From: Azolla caroliniana
Taxonomy: Eukaryota > Plantae > Polypodiophyta
Reading direction: 5' to 3'
Assembly: GCA_043228905.1 (NCBI GenBank)
Contig: JBHGNT010000036.1
Coordinates: 62,001-126,000, forward strand
DNA length: 64,000 nt
Each line of letters begins with the position of its first letter. Positions within the stretch are counted from its first letter, which is position 1. Positions 10,587 through 24,314 of this stretch are shown in pieces. Both the position numbers and the translations under genes were made by a program. Below the pieces are notes generated by a model. The model was not told where the DNA came from and did not search any database. It saw only the letters and a program-made list of their open reading frames with translations.

Positions 10587-13500
10587 CGCGAGATGGAGAC
10601 TCTACTGGTAGCACTCGGGCATCCCGCGGAGCAGAGTCAGCCTCCCAAACCTGCACAGAACAATTAAAGGGGCGACGGAGGAGAGGAGAGGAGAAGGGCT
10701 TGGTCCCAGTACAGCAGCACTTCGTCCTCTCCTAAAACGCAATACCTTTTCCATACCTCTCCCTCTCTTTTATAGCCTAAGGAGAGAGGTCGTTACCATC
10801 CGTCACATCATGTTTATTCCCTGTCCTTTCGGACAAGGATACGCCTCGATTCCCTCCCTACTGAATGCATGCTACTTAGGATTTCGCCTCAGGCGACTTG
10901 TACCTACCTACAGACTATACAACAAAACTTGTGCCCACGTGTAAGGGCCGGTTTACGCACGTTATACTCGATTTCCGCCTAGGGACGGTTTTCTCCACGA
11001 CATCTGCCCCCACCTAACCGCGCATCCACCAGTATGCGCCAAACTGAGACTCCTGCTAGAGGAGACCGGCCCACGCTTATCCTTCGTCTTCCGGATCAGC
11101 ATCCATCCCGAGCTGGTCGTTGTCGCCATCCAGGTCGCCCGGGTCCGGTTCAGCCTCGTGCCGCTTTTTGAAGGCTTTGATCCTTTTACCTGCCACCGGT
11201 ACCGCCATCCTTGTCCCATCGAGCTCTGCTAGATGGTAGGTCCCATTGTTGTTGGCGCTCGTCACCGCATAAGGCTCGAACCACCTTCTTGCAAACTTCC
11301 GCGTTGCCCGGTGCTGGTTGTCGAGGCTGCTGTCATACACTAGAACCCAGTCACCTTCCTTGATCTTTTCCGGCCTCAGTTGGTGAGTCCGGTCGAACCA
11401 TCCTTTGTTCTTTACCCTCGCCACCCGTAGCTTCTCCGCGGCTCGGTCCACGTCCTCCGGTCTTCATTCCAGTTGCTGAATCCGTGCCATTAATAGGTCC
11501 TCCTGGCTCATCTCGTTGTTCCAATCCACCGTGGTCCACGAGGAGATTGTCTGCTCCCTTGGCATGATCGGCTTCTGCCCGTACATTAGCTTTGCCGGCA
11601 TGAACCCGGTTACCGAACTGTGCATGGTTCGGTCCGCCCACAACGCCTAGGGTAGGAGCCGCGGCCAGTTCTCAACTTGGCCTCCACATGCCCGTACTAA
11701 CGCTTTGACGATCGGCCCGTGTCCACGCTCCACCTTCCCATTGGCCTCTGGATTGTACGTTGTGGTGAGTGAGAGTTTAATTCCTAGCCGTCCAAACAAC
11801 TCTTCCGCCTCTTGCGCGTCCAATTCCCCGCGGTCGGCTATGATCTTCCCTACGCACCCGTACCGACATACCACTTCTTCGATCAGAAATCGGCACATCG
11901 CCACGGTCGTTTTGCTCTGTAACGCTCGACCTTCCACCTAGTTCGTCAGGTCCTCCCGAGCCAGCACCAGATACTGCATCTGCCCTACCCCCATCGGTAT
12001 CGTCACCAAATCCACCATCCATTTGAAGTGGACAGTCGGAGGATAGGTCGGGTGGAGCTCGTCCTGATGTCGGGCTATGGAGTGCACCTGACAGCTTTCG
12101 CAAGTCATCACGAACCGATGCACTTCTCGGTATAGTCCCAGCCACTAGTACTTCCCCTTAAGCTTCTCGAATGTGGCCCACGTCTCGCAGTGCCCGACCT
12201 AGGGACTCTCGTGGTACGGCGTCAGCAATTCTTCCTGTCCCTCTTCCTTCGCCACCACTCGGAGCGGGATGCCGTCTCTCTTCTTCGGGTGCTTCCATAT
12301 GCTCCCGTCCCGTAGAAAGAATCGCTACGCTTTCTTCCAAATCCGGTTGGCCTCTTCCTTCGTCCATGCTGCGTCCGGTGTCATTGCCTTCAGGAACCTG
12401 CCGATCTGGAGCCACTCCCCTTCGTACTTGCTCTCGTCGAATTCGTTAAACGCCGGAGTGCTCCCCTTTCTTGTTGTTACTATAGCTGACCCGAAGAAAT
12501 CTTCGCCGACTTCCTCGTTATCCGAAACCATGTCGTCCATCTCACTGAAACGTGCCCTTGAAAGCATATCGACCATGGTATTATCTTTCTCGGAGATGTG
12601 TCGTATATCCGGGTTCAGGAACTTGATGTACGCGATCCACCTGAGCATCGCCAGGTCCGGAGTTGCGCATCTGGAGGCCATACCTAGAATCGGTAGGCAG
12701 TCCATCTCGATGATCACTTCTGTCCCGATCAGATAGTCCTTGTTGGCCTTGACTGCCGAAACGATACCCCAAAGGTCGCGCTTAACTTGGGCGTATCCTC
12801 GCTGTCGCTCGCTCAATACCTTCGCCCCGAACCGGATCGGGAACCGTACGCCGTCCTTGTCCTCCTGACTGATTACCCACCCAATCCCGGTCGGGCTCGT
12901 GTCCACCGTCACGCAGATGGGGACTTCCTTGCCGTAAACCGCTTTTTGGAGAGCCAGTGCCGCAACAAGCACCTCCTTCATCCTCCAGACCGACTCCGTG
13001 TGCTCCGTCCTCCAGTCGAACCTATGCCCTTTTTTCAATAGCCCGTAGAGCGGCTCCGCGACATGCGCATAGTGCGGAATCCAGATGTGGTAGAACGCGC
13101 ATGCCCCCAAGAATCTGCAGACCTCGGTAACCGACCCGCAGTCGTCCTTCATCGCAGAGATGGCTTCTACCTTCGTTGGGGACGGTTTCCGGCCATAGGG
13201 CCCGCACAGGTGTCCGACTACCAGGATCTCCGGCTGTCCGAAGGCTCATTTTTCTCCAGAGAAGGTGAGTCACGCGTTCTCGAGTCTTTGTAGCGCAGTC
13301 ACGGATGTGATCCGTCACGAACCTCCGGCAACCGTCGGGCCCGACAGACTCATCCTTGTCCTCCACCGGACATCCTTTGATCGGTATGTCGTCCAGAAAC
13401 GGCATGGTGATGTCCAAGATGCAGTCCCTCAACACCTTGTTCATCGCATTCACCATGTACGCCACCGAGTTCGTTCCTCCTTGCGGTAGGGTACACATCC

Positions 13501-15377
13501 GAACTAGGCCGAGAGGAGTCCGCATCGTTGTGACATCCCTACTCTCTACGACTAGTTGGAACTAATCGTACCCTGAGTACAAATCCCCAACCGATTAGAT
13601 TGACCTCCCTATGAAGGCCTCTGCGAACTCATCGATGGTCCGTCCGATACCTACGTTTCGAATGGTCACCTTATTGACCAGCTACAGGTCCTGTATGAAG
13701 CGCAGTGTGCCGTTCTTCTTCGGCACGGTAAACCACCGATTCGAATATGGGGCACTCGACGGTTCGAGGATGCCCATCTCCACCTTCTGTTTCAGCAACT
13801 CCATCAGCTTCGAGATGTGAGCTCTGGGTATCGGAATCGGCTTGAGATTCTACGGCACATGCAGTACCGTGAAGATCACCATTGGTTCCACAACCTTTGG
13901 GTCTACGCACCCGATCTCCTCCGGTGAGAATGCAAAAGCCTTCCCGTGCCTCTCGAGCATTCTCCGAAACCGGTCCACTTCCACCGGCAGCAGGAAACCA
14001 CCCTCACCTATCTTGAGCTCCCGTACCGTTATGTCGGTGAACGTGTGTCCTATGCTGGCTGGATCTCGTAGACTTGGGTCCGACGCGCCCCCCTTTATCC
14101 GTAACTCGCTGCCCTCCAGCAAGGGTGCCGTGACTGGCCTCACCTTCCGGTCCACTGTCTTGTACTTCGTATCCACTCGGGCCGTCCGATCCGACTCGAG
14201 TCCACTACCGAAGTCGGCGATGACTTCGTACATCTTTTCCGAACATACCGGAATCGTCCGGTCCGCATTAAGGCCTTCTCCGAACACCTCCCGTAACTTC
14301 CCCAAGGTGTCGTCGAAAGAGACCGCCTCCACGGCTCCGCTGATTTCTTCTTCAGGCCTGAGGACTCCGCATGCCCGGAGTCGCTCCTCCGCCCGTTTCT
14401 TTTCCCGGCCAACTATGCCGGCTACCGTACAACCACCGCTATTAGAAAACCAAAACTTCCTACCTATGGTACATGTCCTTTCGCCTATAGTACATCTATG
14501 GGGTTTTTCCGGGGTGTCCGGACTATCGCGGCCCCACGCCTTGATAGCCCTCTCTAAACATCCCCTCGGTTTTCGGCACCGAGGGTCTCGCGGTTATGCT
14601 CATGGTTTGGTCACATCGTCAAGAATTGGACCGAGTGACATCCATCCTGGCTCTTGACTCGTGCATATGCCGAACCGTTGTCCAACACCTTTGTCTCCAT
14701 GCGCGCCGCCGTGATGTACGGTTCTCCGAGTATCACCGGATGCGAGGACGTCTCCTGCACAAAGAAGTGTTGGTCGATCTTGACGTCGCCAATTCTCACT
14801 CGTACATTCGGGCAGGCTCCATGTAGCTCTTCCGTGGCGCACGTTGCTACCCGTATCTTCCACCCGTGCTTGGTGTTGATCGGCCACTTTCCCTTCTTGT
14901 AGAAGTCCATGGACATTAGGTTGATCTTTGAACCGTGGTCTACCAACGCTACCACTGGCTCTTGAACGTCCCGCTTCGACAACCGAAGTGCGTCATCAAG
15001 CCCGTATTTTTCAAGGAGCCGACCTTCAAACTCTTCCCAGGTCCGACTCTCAGCTTGTACCTCAAGCACCTCTGCGTGGATGCCCGGCATCGCCACCCGA
15101 GGGAATCCGGCCAGTCGCCTGTCCTCTGAGATGTCCCTCATCACCATTTTGGCTCGATAGGCCTCCAAATAGCTCGTGGCATCCTTCCCACCGAACCGGC
15201 CAATCGTGCCCATGACCGCTTCAATAGCCCCTATCGAGGGCGCCACAGAATTACAAGAATTGCAATTAGCTACAGAACGCTAGATGGAGATAGAACGAAT
15301 GTTTATGTGTATATATATATATATATATGAATGAAGGTGTTACAACCGGCAAGCCGGCAAGTGATGGGCATCGACGC

Positions 15378-15411
<34 letters not shown>

Positions 15412-16224
15412 CGCGAGATGGAGACTCTACTGGTAGCACTCGGGCATCCCGCGGAGCAGAGTCAGCCTCCCAAACCTGCACAGAACAATTAAAGGGGCGA
15501 TGGAGGAGAGGAGAGGAGAAGGGCTTGGTCCCAGTCCAGCAGCACTTCGTCCTCTCCTAAAACGCGATACCTTTTCCATACCTCTCCTTCTCTTTTATAG
15601 CCTAAGGAGAGAGGCCGTTACCATTCGTCACATCATGTTTATTCCCTATCCTTTCGGACAGGGATACGCCTCGATTCCCTCCCTACTGAATGTGTGCTAC
15701 TTAGGATTTCGCCTCAGGCGACTTGTACCTACCTACGAACTATACAACAAAACTTGTGCCCATGTGTAAGGGCCGGTTTACGCACGTTATACTTGATTTC
15801 CGCCTTGGGATGGTTTTCTCCACGACAACGGTTTCCCCTTGTGCTATAAAAGGGGATGCTTGAGCCTACATTGGGGATCGACATTTAGGGGAGGATAAAG
15901 TGTTGTTGGTTTGTTGGTTGAGCTCTCTCTCTCTCTCTCTCCCGCTCTCTATCTTGTGTATGATGATGTAAGGAAGCCTCTACTCGCGTAGGAAGCCGTG
16001 AGCTCCCGATCAGAGGCTCCTTGATCTGTCTATGTGTGTGTGTGGGTGGGGGCGTATTTCGTAGACTGTACAGCTCTGCTACCGGCCGAACCCGGTTGTT
16101 TTTTGTTTACCTTAATCTATTTGTTTTGCTTGTTTAGGTCGATCTCTTCCTATGTTTCGGGTTTTCATCTCTATTTCTATTTCTTCGTAACTAGTTTCTT
16201 GCTCTACTTGTGAACTGCACGACA
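10079..16224 (+). mobile_element. Probable gypsy solo LTR (~570 bp) split by the 10258-15827 insertion
   Basis: Starts ccgg|TGTTGTG and ends CACGACA|cgg, with TATA-like ctataaaagggg at ~15845. Termini match the other gypsy LTRs in the window. Confidence 0.55.
10258..15827 (-). mobile_element. Ty3/gypsy element, decayed, with internal deletions
   Basis: 3' LTR 10258-11002 and truncated 5' LTR ~15245-15827; 4-bp TSD acgg. Order gag-PR(ALVDHGS)-RT(PFLDDI)-RH-INT(NPEANGKVERGH). The PBS and part of gag are deleted. Confidence 0.93.
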
Positions 16225-18792
16225 CGGTTCCTTCCACGAACCTATACACTCGTTGTCCGGCTTCCAGTAACCGACTAGGCACATCGTCACGGTTGCTCTT
16301 CCTACTCCCTCTAACTCCTTGGTTTGAGACCTCCGTGGTCCTGCCCGTTTCAACACATACTCGCGGAAAACTGCGACAACCGCGACAATGTGCTCGATGC
16401 ACAACCCAAGCACATGAGCAAGATGCCAAATAATGTCGAAAAGGAAATGAAAACCACAAAAACCTAAACCTAAGAAAGCATATATATGTATTGCATAACC
16501 TTCGTCGTATCCGTTTTTCCTTGCTCATTATTCGATGATTGTCATATCAACTAGCGGCTTATCCAAACCTAGGTAATGAGAAAATGAGCATACAACAATG
16601 TCGAATATGAGTACATAATGGACATATTCACAGTGTCCCATTGGACATGCTCTAGGTTTAGGAAATTTATGTAAATAGTGGAACGTGCAGTTGCCCTAAG
16701 TCAATTGATATTTAAACTGATGCTTGTAACCTAGTTGAGTAGTTGTTCATCTTTGTAGAAATATGCCATTGTAACTCTTAGAGCAATTGTTAATGTTAAG
16801 GTGCGGAAGCGTTATACAGAACCAGCTCAGCCGGATAGCAACAGAGAATAAGATGAAGGTTTAATGGAGAAGCTTAATACATAGAGAGTATACACGGGAG
16901 AGACAGAGAGAGCAGAATGTAAACGTAAATTCAAAAATACTCTGTAAACTCTATACATACAACGTGCTAAACAACACTATTTATACAAGTCCTCAAAAGG
17001 ATTGACAGAAGTACTATGTACTTCAATGCCAATACGAGCGATTGACACAAACTACGAGACAATGATTACCTAGTAGTCTAGGCTTCTACTAGGCTTCCGG
17101 TTCGCACTCGAATCTGGCTCTCCGATCCATCTCCCCAATCCGGCCGGTTGTTTCTAGATACCGATCCGGCTCATCCTTCTGGATGCTGATCCAGATCCGG
17201 TTGAGCTTGCTCGCTCAACACTCCCCCTCAAGCTCAACTTGAGGTCGGATCGTGGTATTAGTGTCTGTGGCAGCCGGTTCTTCTACCCGGCTCCTTCTAG
17301 CGTCACTTCCCCTTGCTCGCGCTCCCCGTCCGGTCGGGTCCTGTTTTCCGTGACCCTTTTGGTTCTGTGCACCTTGACCTCCTCTGTCGACTTGTCTGGT
17401 CAACAGGCCCATTTCAGCTCCCTCGCTATTGCGACTCTGGCACTTGTCGACCCGATGGTTCCTTCGTGTTGGCGTCGACTTCCGCTGCGTCCCTGTCTGC
17501 TTGGCCTTTAGTTGATCTGACTCCTTCGAATCCAACTGTTGAATTGAATCAGCTTACTCCGATTCATTCCTGCTCTTGTCCGAGTCGGTGTTCTCCAACT
17601 CGTCTTCTAGTTTCAGGCCCTTCACCACATCAAACCATGCCTTGGTCTTGGCCTTCTCCTTCCGGTCAGCTTTGTCCTTCTTGACTCTGCCGCCGCTGCC
17701 GCTTGTTACGACTTGTTCGAATGTGCTAACGTCCTTCGTCGACTCGGCTTCCTTTTTTCTCTTGTCTCCCCCTTTGTTGGTTCTTCCCTTTCTAGTTTCT
17801 TGTCCGGTGCCGTTAGCAATTTCTTTGCCTTTGACTGTTATGGCACCAGTTTTTTTGCCTTTGCTCGTTCTCCCCCTCAAGTGCGGCATGTTGAGATGCT
17901 GAACACCAAGCATTTCGGTGAAGTGCTTCAACTTGTCCGATTTGAGTGGTTTAGTGAAGATGTCAGCAACCTGCCGATCCGTCTGAACATACCAAAGTTC
18001 GACTTCACCGCTCAAGACCCGCTCACGCACGAAGTGATAATGCACTTCTATGTGCTTTGTTCGAGCATGGAATACAAGGTTCTTTGCGAGCTGTATGCTG
18101 CTTATGCACCTCGATCCGGAGATCTCACAACAATCGCTGAAGCCAGATGGCTTCACAGGTGGCATTGGTAGCAACCCGATATTCAGCCTCAATGCTCGAC
18201 AGAGCCACTGTTGGCTGCTTTTTGCTGCTCCACGCAACAGTTGCGCTACCAAGGGAAAACATGTAACTGGAGGTGGATCGGCGATCCGATGCATCACCAG
18301 CCCAATCGGCATCTGTGTATCTGACTAGCTCTTCAGTTATACCATGCTGGTATAACAGTCACCAGTCCTTCGTGCCGCTCACATACCGCAATATTCAATG
18401 TGCGCACTTAAGGTGGTCCATGGTTGGCTTCTGCATGAATTGGTTGATCACACCGACTAGATAACTAATGTCGGGTCGGGTGATTGTCAAGTATATCAGG
18501 CTTCCGACTATTTGTTGGAACTATTTCTCATCGCAGGCCGGTCCGGAGTTGGGATGGAGGTTCTGGTTCCGGTCCAGGGGTGCGGAGATCGGTCGGCATT
18601 CCGTCATGCCGAACTTGTACAACATATTCAACACATAGTGTCTTTGTGAGAACAATATGCCATTGGGGGTTCGGATCACCTCGATCCCAAGAAAATAATG
18701 AAGGTCCCCCAAGTCCTTCATCTCAAATGCGTCCGACAACTGAGGCTTGACACGACTGATTTCATTGAGTCAGGGTCCGGTGATGACTAAAT

Positions 18793-20004
18793 TGTGGAAA
18801 CGTATGTGCGGAAGCGTAAGACAACAGCTTGGCTGCGTAGCAGTAGAGAGAAAGAGAGAGAGAGAATACTACACAGAATACAGAGAGTACTCGGGAGAGA
18901 TAGAGAGAGCAAAACAATAATCTAAATTAAAAAATTATATCAACACTCTGTACATGAAATGTGCTCAACAACACTATTTATACAAGTCCTAAGAGGACTG
19001 ACAGAAGTACCGCATACTTCAATTCTCACTCGAGCATCTGGTACTAACTACGAGACTATTAACTCCCTAGCAGTCTAGTTGCTACTAGGCTTCCAATTAG
19101 TGATGGATCCGGCTAATTGTCTCCCCAGCTCACCGGGTCACTTGCTCACCGGGCACCAATCCGGCTCATCCTTCCAGATGCCGATCCGGATCCGGTTGAG
19201 CTTGCCGCTCAACACTCCCCCTCAAGCTCAACTTAAGGTCGGATTGTAGTGTCAGTCTCCATGGTAGCCGGTCCTTCCACCTGGCTCCTTCTGGCGTCAC
19301 TTCGCCTCGCTTGCGCGGCTTGTTTGCTCAACAAGCCCAATTCAGCTCCCTCGCTACTATGACTTCGGTTCTTGCCGATTCGCTGATTCCTTCGTGTTGG
19401 CGTGGACTTTCGCTGCCTTTGGTTCTTGAATTGATCCGGTTCTTCCGAATCCTTTTGTAGAACTGAATCGGCTGTCTCCGATTCGTTCCAGCTCTTGTCT
19501 GAATCGGTCGCACCCGATTCGTCTTCTGGTTCCAGGCCCTTCACCACATCGGACCATGTCCGGGTCTTGGCCTTCTTCTTCTGGTCGGCTCTGTCCTTGA
19601 CTCTGCCTCCGCTACCACTTGTTCCGACTTTTTCGGATGTGTCAACTTCCTTTGTTGACTCGGCTCCTTTCTTCTTCTTGTCTCCCCCTTTGTCGTTTCT
19701 TCCCTCACCGGCGCAATCGGCAGTCTCTTTGCCTTTGCCCATTCCGGTGTCTTTGCCCGTTCTCCCCCTCAAGTGTGGCACGTCGAGATGCTGAACACCA
19801 AGCATTTCGATGAAGTGCCGCAACTCGTCCGATCCAAGCGGTTTGGTGAAGATGTCAGCAACTTGCCAATCTGTATGAACATACCGAAGTTCAACTTCAC
19901 CGCTCAGGACACGCTCACGCACGAAGTGATAGTGCACTTCTATGTGCTTTGTGAGAGCATGGAATACGGGGTTCTTGGCGAGTTGCATGCTGCTCATACT
20001 GTCG
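18793..20004 (-). mobile_element. Ty1/copia B: 3' LTR (18793-19214), PPT and RNase H end
   Basis: LTR related to element A; KNPVFHALTKHIEVHYHFVRE...ADIFTKPL; truncated at ~20004. Confidence 0.88.
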
Positions 20005-23000
20005 AGCCACAAAGAGTGGTTCTCCTTCTTGGAGAAACTGGAACAACCAGGAGTCGTCGAAACTGGAGATGACACTCCTCACCCAATTGTGCATGTCGGA
20101 GAAGTCCCTTTGAGCCGCATTGGATAGAGGGGGAAGCTGATGAATGTATTACACGTTCCGACTATCACGAAGAACCTGGTGTCAGTCGGTCAGATTGTTG
20201 ACCAGGGGATGCAGGTGCGGTTTATGCACCTTGCGTGCTTCATTGAGTAAGAGGGCCAAATTATTGCGCAAGGGCGTAGAGACGGGAGGATGTTCATCCT
20301 CAACACCAATGACGTAGGCACCGCTTTTCTCGCCAAAGAACAGAAGGTCGCATCGGACATCGACTTGTGGCACAAGCGGATTGGCCACATCAATTACCGG
20401 AGACTTCAAGACTTGCAAACGAAACAAGTTGTTTTTGGTTTGGTGAAGTTCAGTGGCCGGAAGGCCCAAATATGTGAAGCCTGCCAACTCGTGAAGCAAC
20501 ACCAGCTTCCATTCCCCACCGATCGAAATCAGAGCTATAACAAGCTCGTTTTAATCCATTTGGATGTATGGGGACCGGCACAAAACGTTACTCTTGGCGG
20601 GAGTCGGTATTTCGTCTCCTTCATCAACGACTACAACCGACACACATAGATCTACCTCATTGAGCGGAAGAGCGAAGTCTTCGTGTGTTTCAGGAACCTG
20701 CAAAGCCTGGTTGAACAGGAAACAGAGAGGAAGATCAGGTGCTTGCAGTCGGATGGCGGAAAAGAATATTTTTCCAACCAATTCAACAGTTATCTGCAAC
20801 AAAAAGGAATTCGGAGAGAGTTCAACTGCAGATACACACCGGAGCAAAACGGTGTGGGCGAAAGGAAGAACTAGTCAATTGTCGACGCGGTAAGGGCAAT
20901 GCTGGAGAAGAAGAGCATGCCCCATTTCTACTGGGCGGAGGCGGTCCGGATGGCCGTCTACATCTAAAACCGGATCGGTGATAAGGTGTCCGTGCATGAA
21001 TTGTATTTCGGACGCAAGCTGAATTTGAGACATCTTCGGATATTCGGTAGCATTGCATATGTGCATATGCCAGATGAGAAGCGGAAGAAGTTGGATGCAA
21101 AGTTGGAAAAATGCATCCTGGTTGGTTACTCGCATGAGCAAAAGGGGTATAAGTGTTATAACCCCTGGACGAAGCAAGTCCGAGTTAGCCGGGATGTTGA
21201 GTTTGATGAGACGACATCATGGTATGCCTTACCGACTCTGACTTCCGACCCCGACTTGATGCCGGGGGATGAGGCTAATGAGCCTGAACCGGTCCAGATA
21301 GAAGAGACCTCGGCACTTTAGAAGAGAGTTTGATCTCATTTCGGTTAAGTGAACCGAATGAGCGGCTGAGTCGGGATGACCAGTCGAATGAGGAACCAGC
21401 GAGTAATGGAGACTCTGTCGTGCTCTCCCCGCGCAAGGAACCGAGGAGACGGTTCACGCGCAAAGAGAAGGGGAAGAAGAAGATTCCGGAATACGAAACC
21501 CGCAATGTTGAGTTGGATCGAAGAGAATCCGACTCCGAAAAGGATGAAGGTGGATCTTCGAGAATGAAGTCTGAACCGGCCAAGAAGGGCCTCAAACCGG
21601 GTAACGATAAGTTATGCCGGTCATCCCGCCAAAAGGACCACGTGACGCGGTACGGGTAGAATGAGTACATGGCGCACCACTATGCGTGCATGACCAAGGT
21701 GGCGGAAGTGCGTGAGCCGGAGAGCTACGCAGAAGCGGCAAAGGACGCCAATTGGCGTGCCACTATGGAGGAAGAAATGCGACCACTTGATGCCAACGAC
21801 ACATGGGACCTAGTTGACCCTCCCTGACACTATAAACCGATCGGATGTAAGTGGGTGTACAAGGTAAAGTACAATGCCGACGGTTTGGTTAACTAGTACA
21901 AGGCCCGGTTAGTGGCGAAGGGATACACGCAGACCCATGGAATCGACTACGATGAGACCTTCACTCCGGTAGCGAAGATGACGACGGTTCGTGTGGTGCT
22001 GGTGGTTGCTGCGGCAAGGGGGTGGCATCTTCACCATATGGACATGAAGAATGCATTTCTTCAAGGCGATCATGAAGAAGAGGTCCTTATGACCCAACCC
22101 CCCGGTTTCCAGTTAGCGATGAACAAGTCGGCGGTATGCCGGCTGAAGAAGTCACTTTATGGCCTGAAGCAAGCCCCCGAGCCTCGAATGCGAAGATCAC
22201 GCACCGATTGCGTAAGATGGGGTTTGCGGCCTCCAAGTCTGACTCTTCATTGTTCATTCGGTAAGGCCCAGACGGTCTGGTTTGCATCTTGTTGTATGTT
22301 GATGATCTAGTCATCACCAGATCTGGACTCGATGAAATCAGTTGGGTTAAGCCCCAGCTGTCGGACGCATTTGAAATGAAGGACCTAGGGGACCTTCACT
22401 ATTTTCCTTGGGATCGAGGTGATCTGAAGCCCCGACAACATATTGCTCTCACAAAGACACTATGTGTGGAGTATGTTGTACAAGTTCGGCATGACAGAAT
22501 GCTGACCGATCTCCACACCCTTGGACCGGAACCAGAAGCTCTGTCCTGACTCTGGACCAGCCTGCGATGAGAAGCGGTTCCGAAAAATTGTCGGAAGCCG
22601 TATATATTTGACAATCACCCGACCCAACATCAGTTATCCGGTCGGTGCGATCAGCCAATATATGCAGAAGCCGATCGTGGAACACCTTTTGTGTGCGCAT
22701 TGAATTTTGCGCTATGTGAGCGGCACGAAGGACTGGGGACTATTATACCGGCATGGTATAACCGAAGAGCTAGTCGGCTACACCGATGTCGACTGGGCTG
22801 GCGATGCATCGGATCGCCGATCCACCTCCGGCTATATGTTTTCACTTGGTAGCACGGTTGTTGCATGGAGCAGCAAAAAGCAACCAACAATGGCCCTTTC
22901 GAGCACTGAGGCTGAATACTAGGGCGCTATCATTGCCACCCGTGAAACCATTTGGCTTCAACGACTGCTGCAAGACTTGCGGATCGAGGTGCCGACCCCG

Positions 23001-24314
23001 ATCCTGATCTACTGGGACAACATAAGCAACATGCAGCTCGCCAAGAACCTCGTATTCCATGCTCACACAAAGCACATAGAAGTGCATTACCACTTCGTGT
23101 GTGAGCGTGCCCTGAGCAGTGAAGTCAAACTTTGGTATGTTCATACAAATCGGCAAGTTGCCGACATTTTCACCAAACCACTTGGATCAGACAAGTTGCA
23201 GCACTTCACCGAAATGCTTGGTGTTCAGCATCTCAACGTGCCACACTTGAGGGAGAGAACGGGCAAAGACACCGGAACGGGCAAAGGCAAAGAAACTGCC
23301 AATTGCGCTGGTAAGGGAAGAACCGACAGAGGGAGAAACAAGAAGAAGAAAGGAGCCGAGTCGACAAAGGAAGTTGACACATCCAAACAAGTCGGAACAA
23401 GCGGCAGTGGCGACATAGTCAAGAAGGACAGAGCCGACCGGAAGAAGAAGGCCAAGACCCAGACATGGTCCGATGTGGTGAAGGGCCTGGAACCGGAAGA
23501 CGAATCAGGAGCGACCAATTTGGACAAGAGCTGGAATGAATCGGAGACAGTCGATTCGGTTCAATAGACGGATTCGGAAGAACTGTATCAATTCAAGGCC
23601 AACAGGACGAGAAGGCAGCGAAAATCAACGCCAACACGAAGGAATCGGCGAACCAGCACACGCCGAAGTCATAGCAATGAGGGAACTAAATTGAGCCTGT
23701 TGAGCAGACAAGCCGACTGAGGAGGTCGAGACGCGCAGAACCAGAGGGGTCGCGGAAAACGGGAGCAGACCGGATGAGGAGCGCGAGCGAGGCAAAGTGA
23801 TGTCAGAAGGAGCCAAGTGGAAGGACCGATTGCTATGGAGACTGACACTACGATCCAACCTCAAGTTGAGCTTGAGGGGGAGTGTTGAGCGGCAAGTTCA
23901 ACCAGATCCGGATCAGCTGAATAAGGTTGAGCCGGATCGGCATCCAGAAGGATGAGCCGGATCAGTGAGCCGGTGAGCAAGTGAGCTAGTGAGTTGGGGA
24001 GCCGGTTAGCTGGATCCATCAGTAACTGGAAGCCTAGTAGCAGCCTAGACTACTAGGTACTTAATGTCTCATAGTTAGTGTCAGACGCTTGTGTGAGCAT
24101 TGAAGTACACCATACTTCTGTCAGTCCGTATGGACTTGTATAAAAGTGCTCACTGAGCACATCCTATGTAGAGATTGAGTATTATTTTGAATTGAGTTTT
24201 TTTGTGTGCTCTCTCTCTCTGTCTCTCCCGTGTACTGTGTATATTCTAAGCTCTCCATTAAACCTGTGTTTCTGTGTTCGGTTTTTTATTGCTTCCGCAC
24301 GCTATTCTTTTACA
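20005..24314 (+). mobile_element. Ty1/copia C: PR-INT-RT-RH and 3' LTR (23883-24314), 5' part deleted
   Basis: LWHKRIGH..CEAC, HLDVWGP, TPEQNGVGERKN, LYVDDL and RNase H motifs with many stops. PPT cttgagggggag precedes the LTR. Confidence 0.9.

Noticed and set aside
16630-16660. Possible Helitron 3' end (tgtcc..ggaca hairpin + ctag) or cacagtg terminus for the MTase-bearing element
   Set aside because: The hairpin is short, CTAG is not followed by T, and no matching other end is visible.
20137-20143. Other CTGATGA motifs (also ~35823 and ~61654) as hammerhead cores
   Set aside because: They lie in retrotransposon coding frames and lack the stem II-GAAA arrangement.
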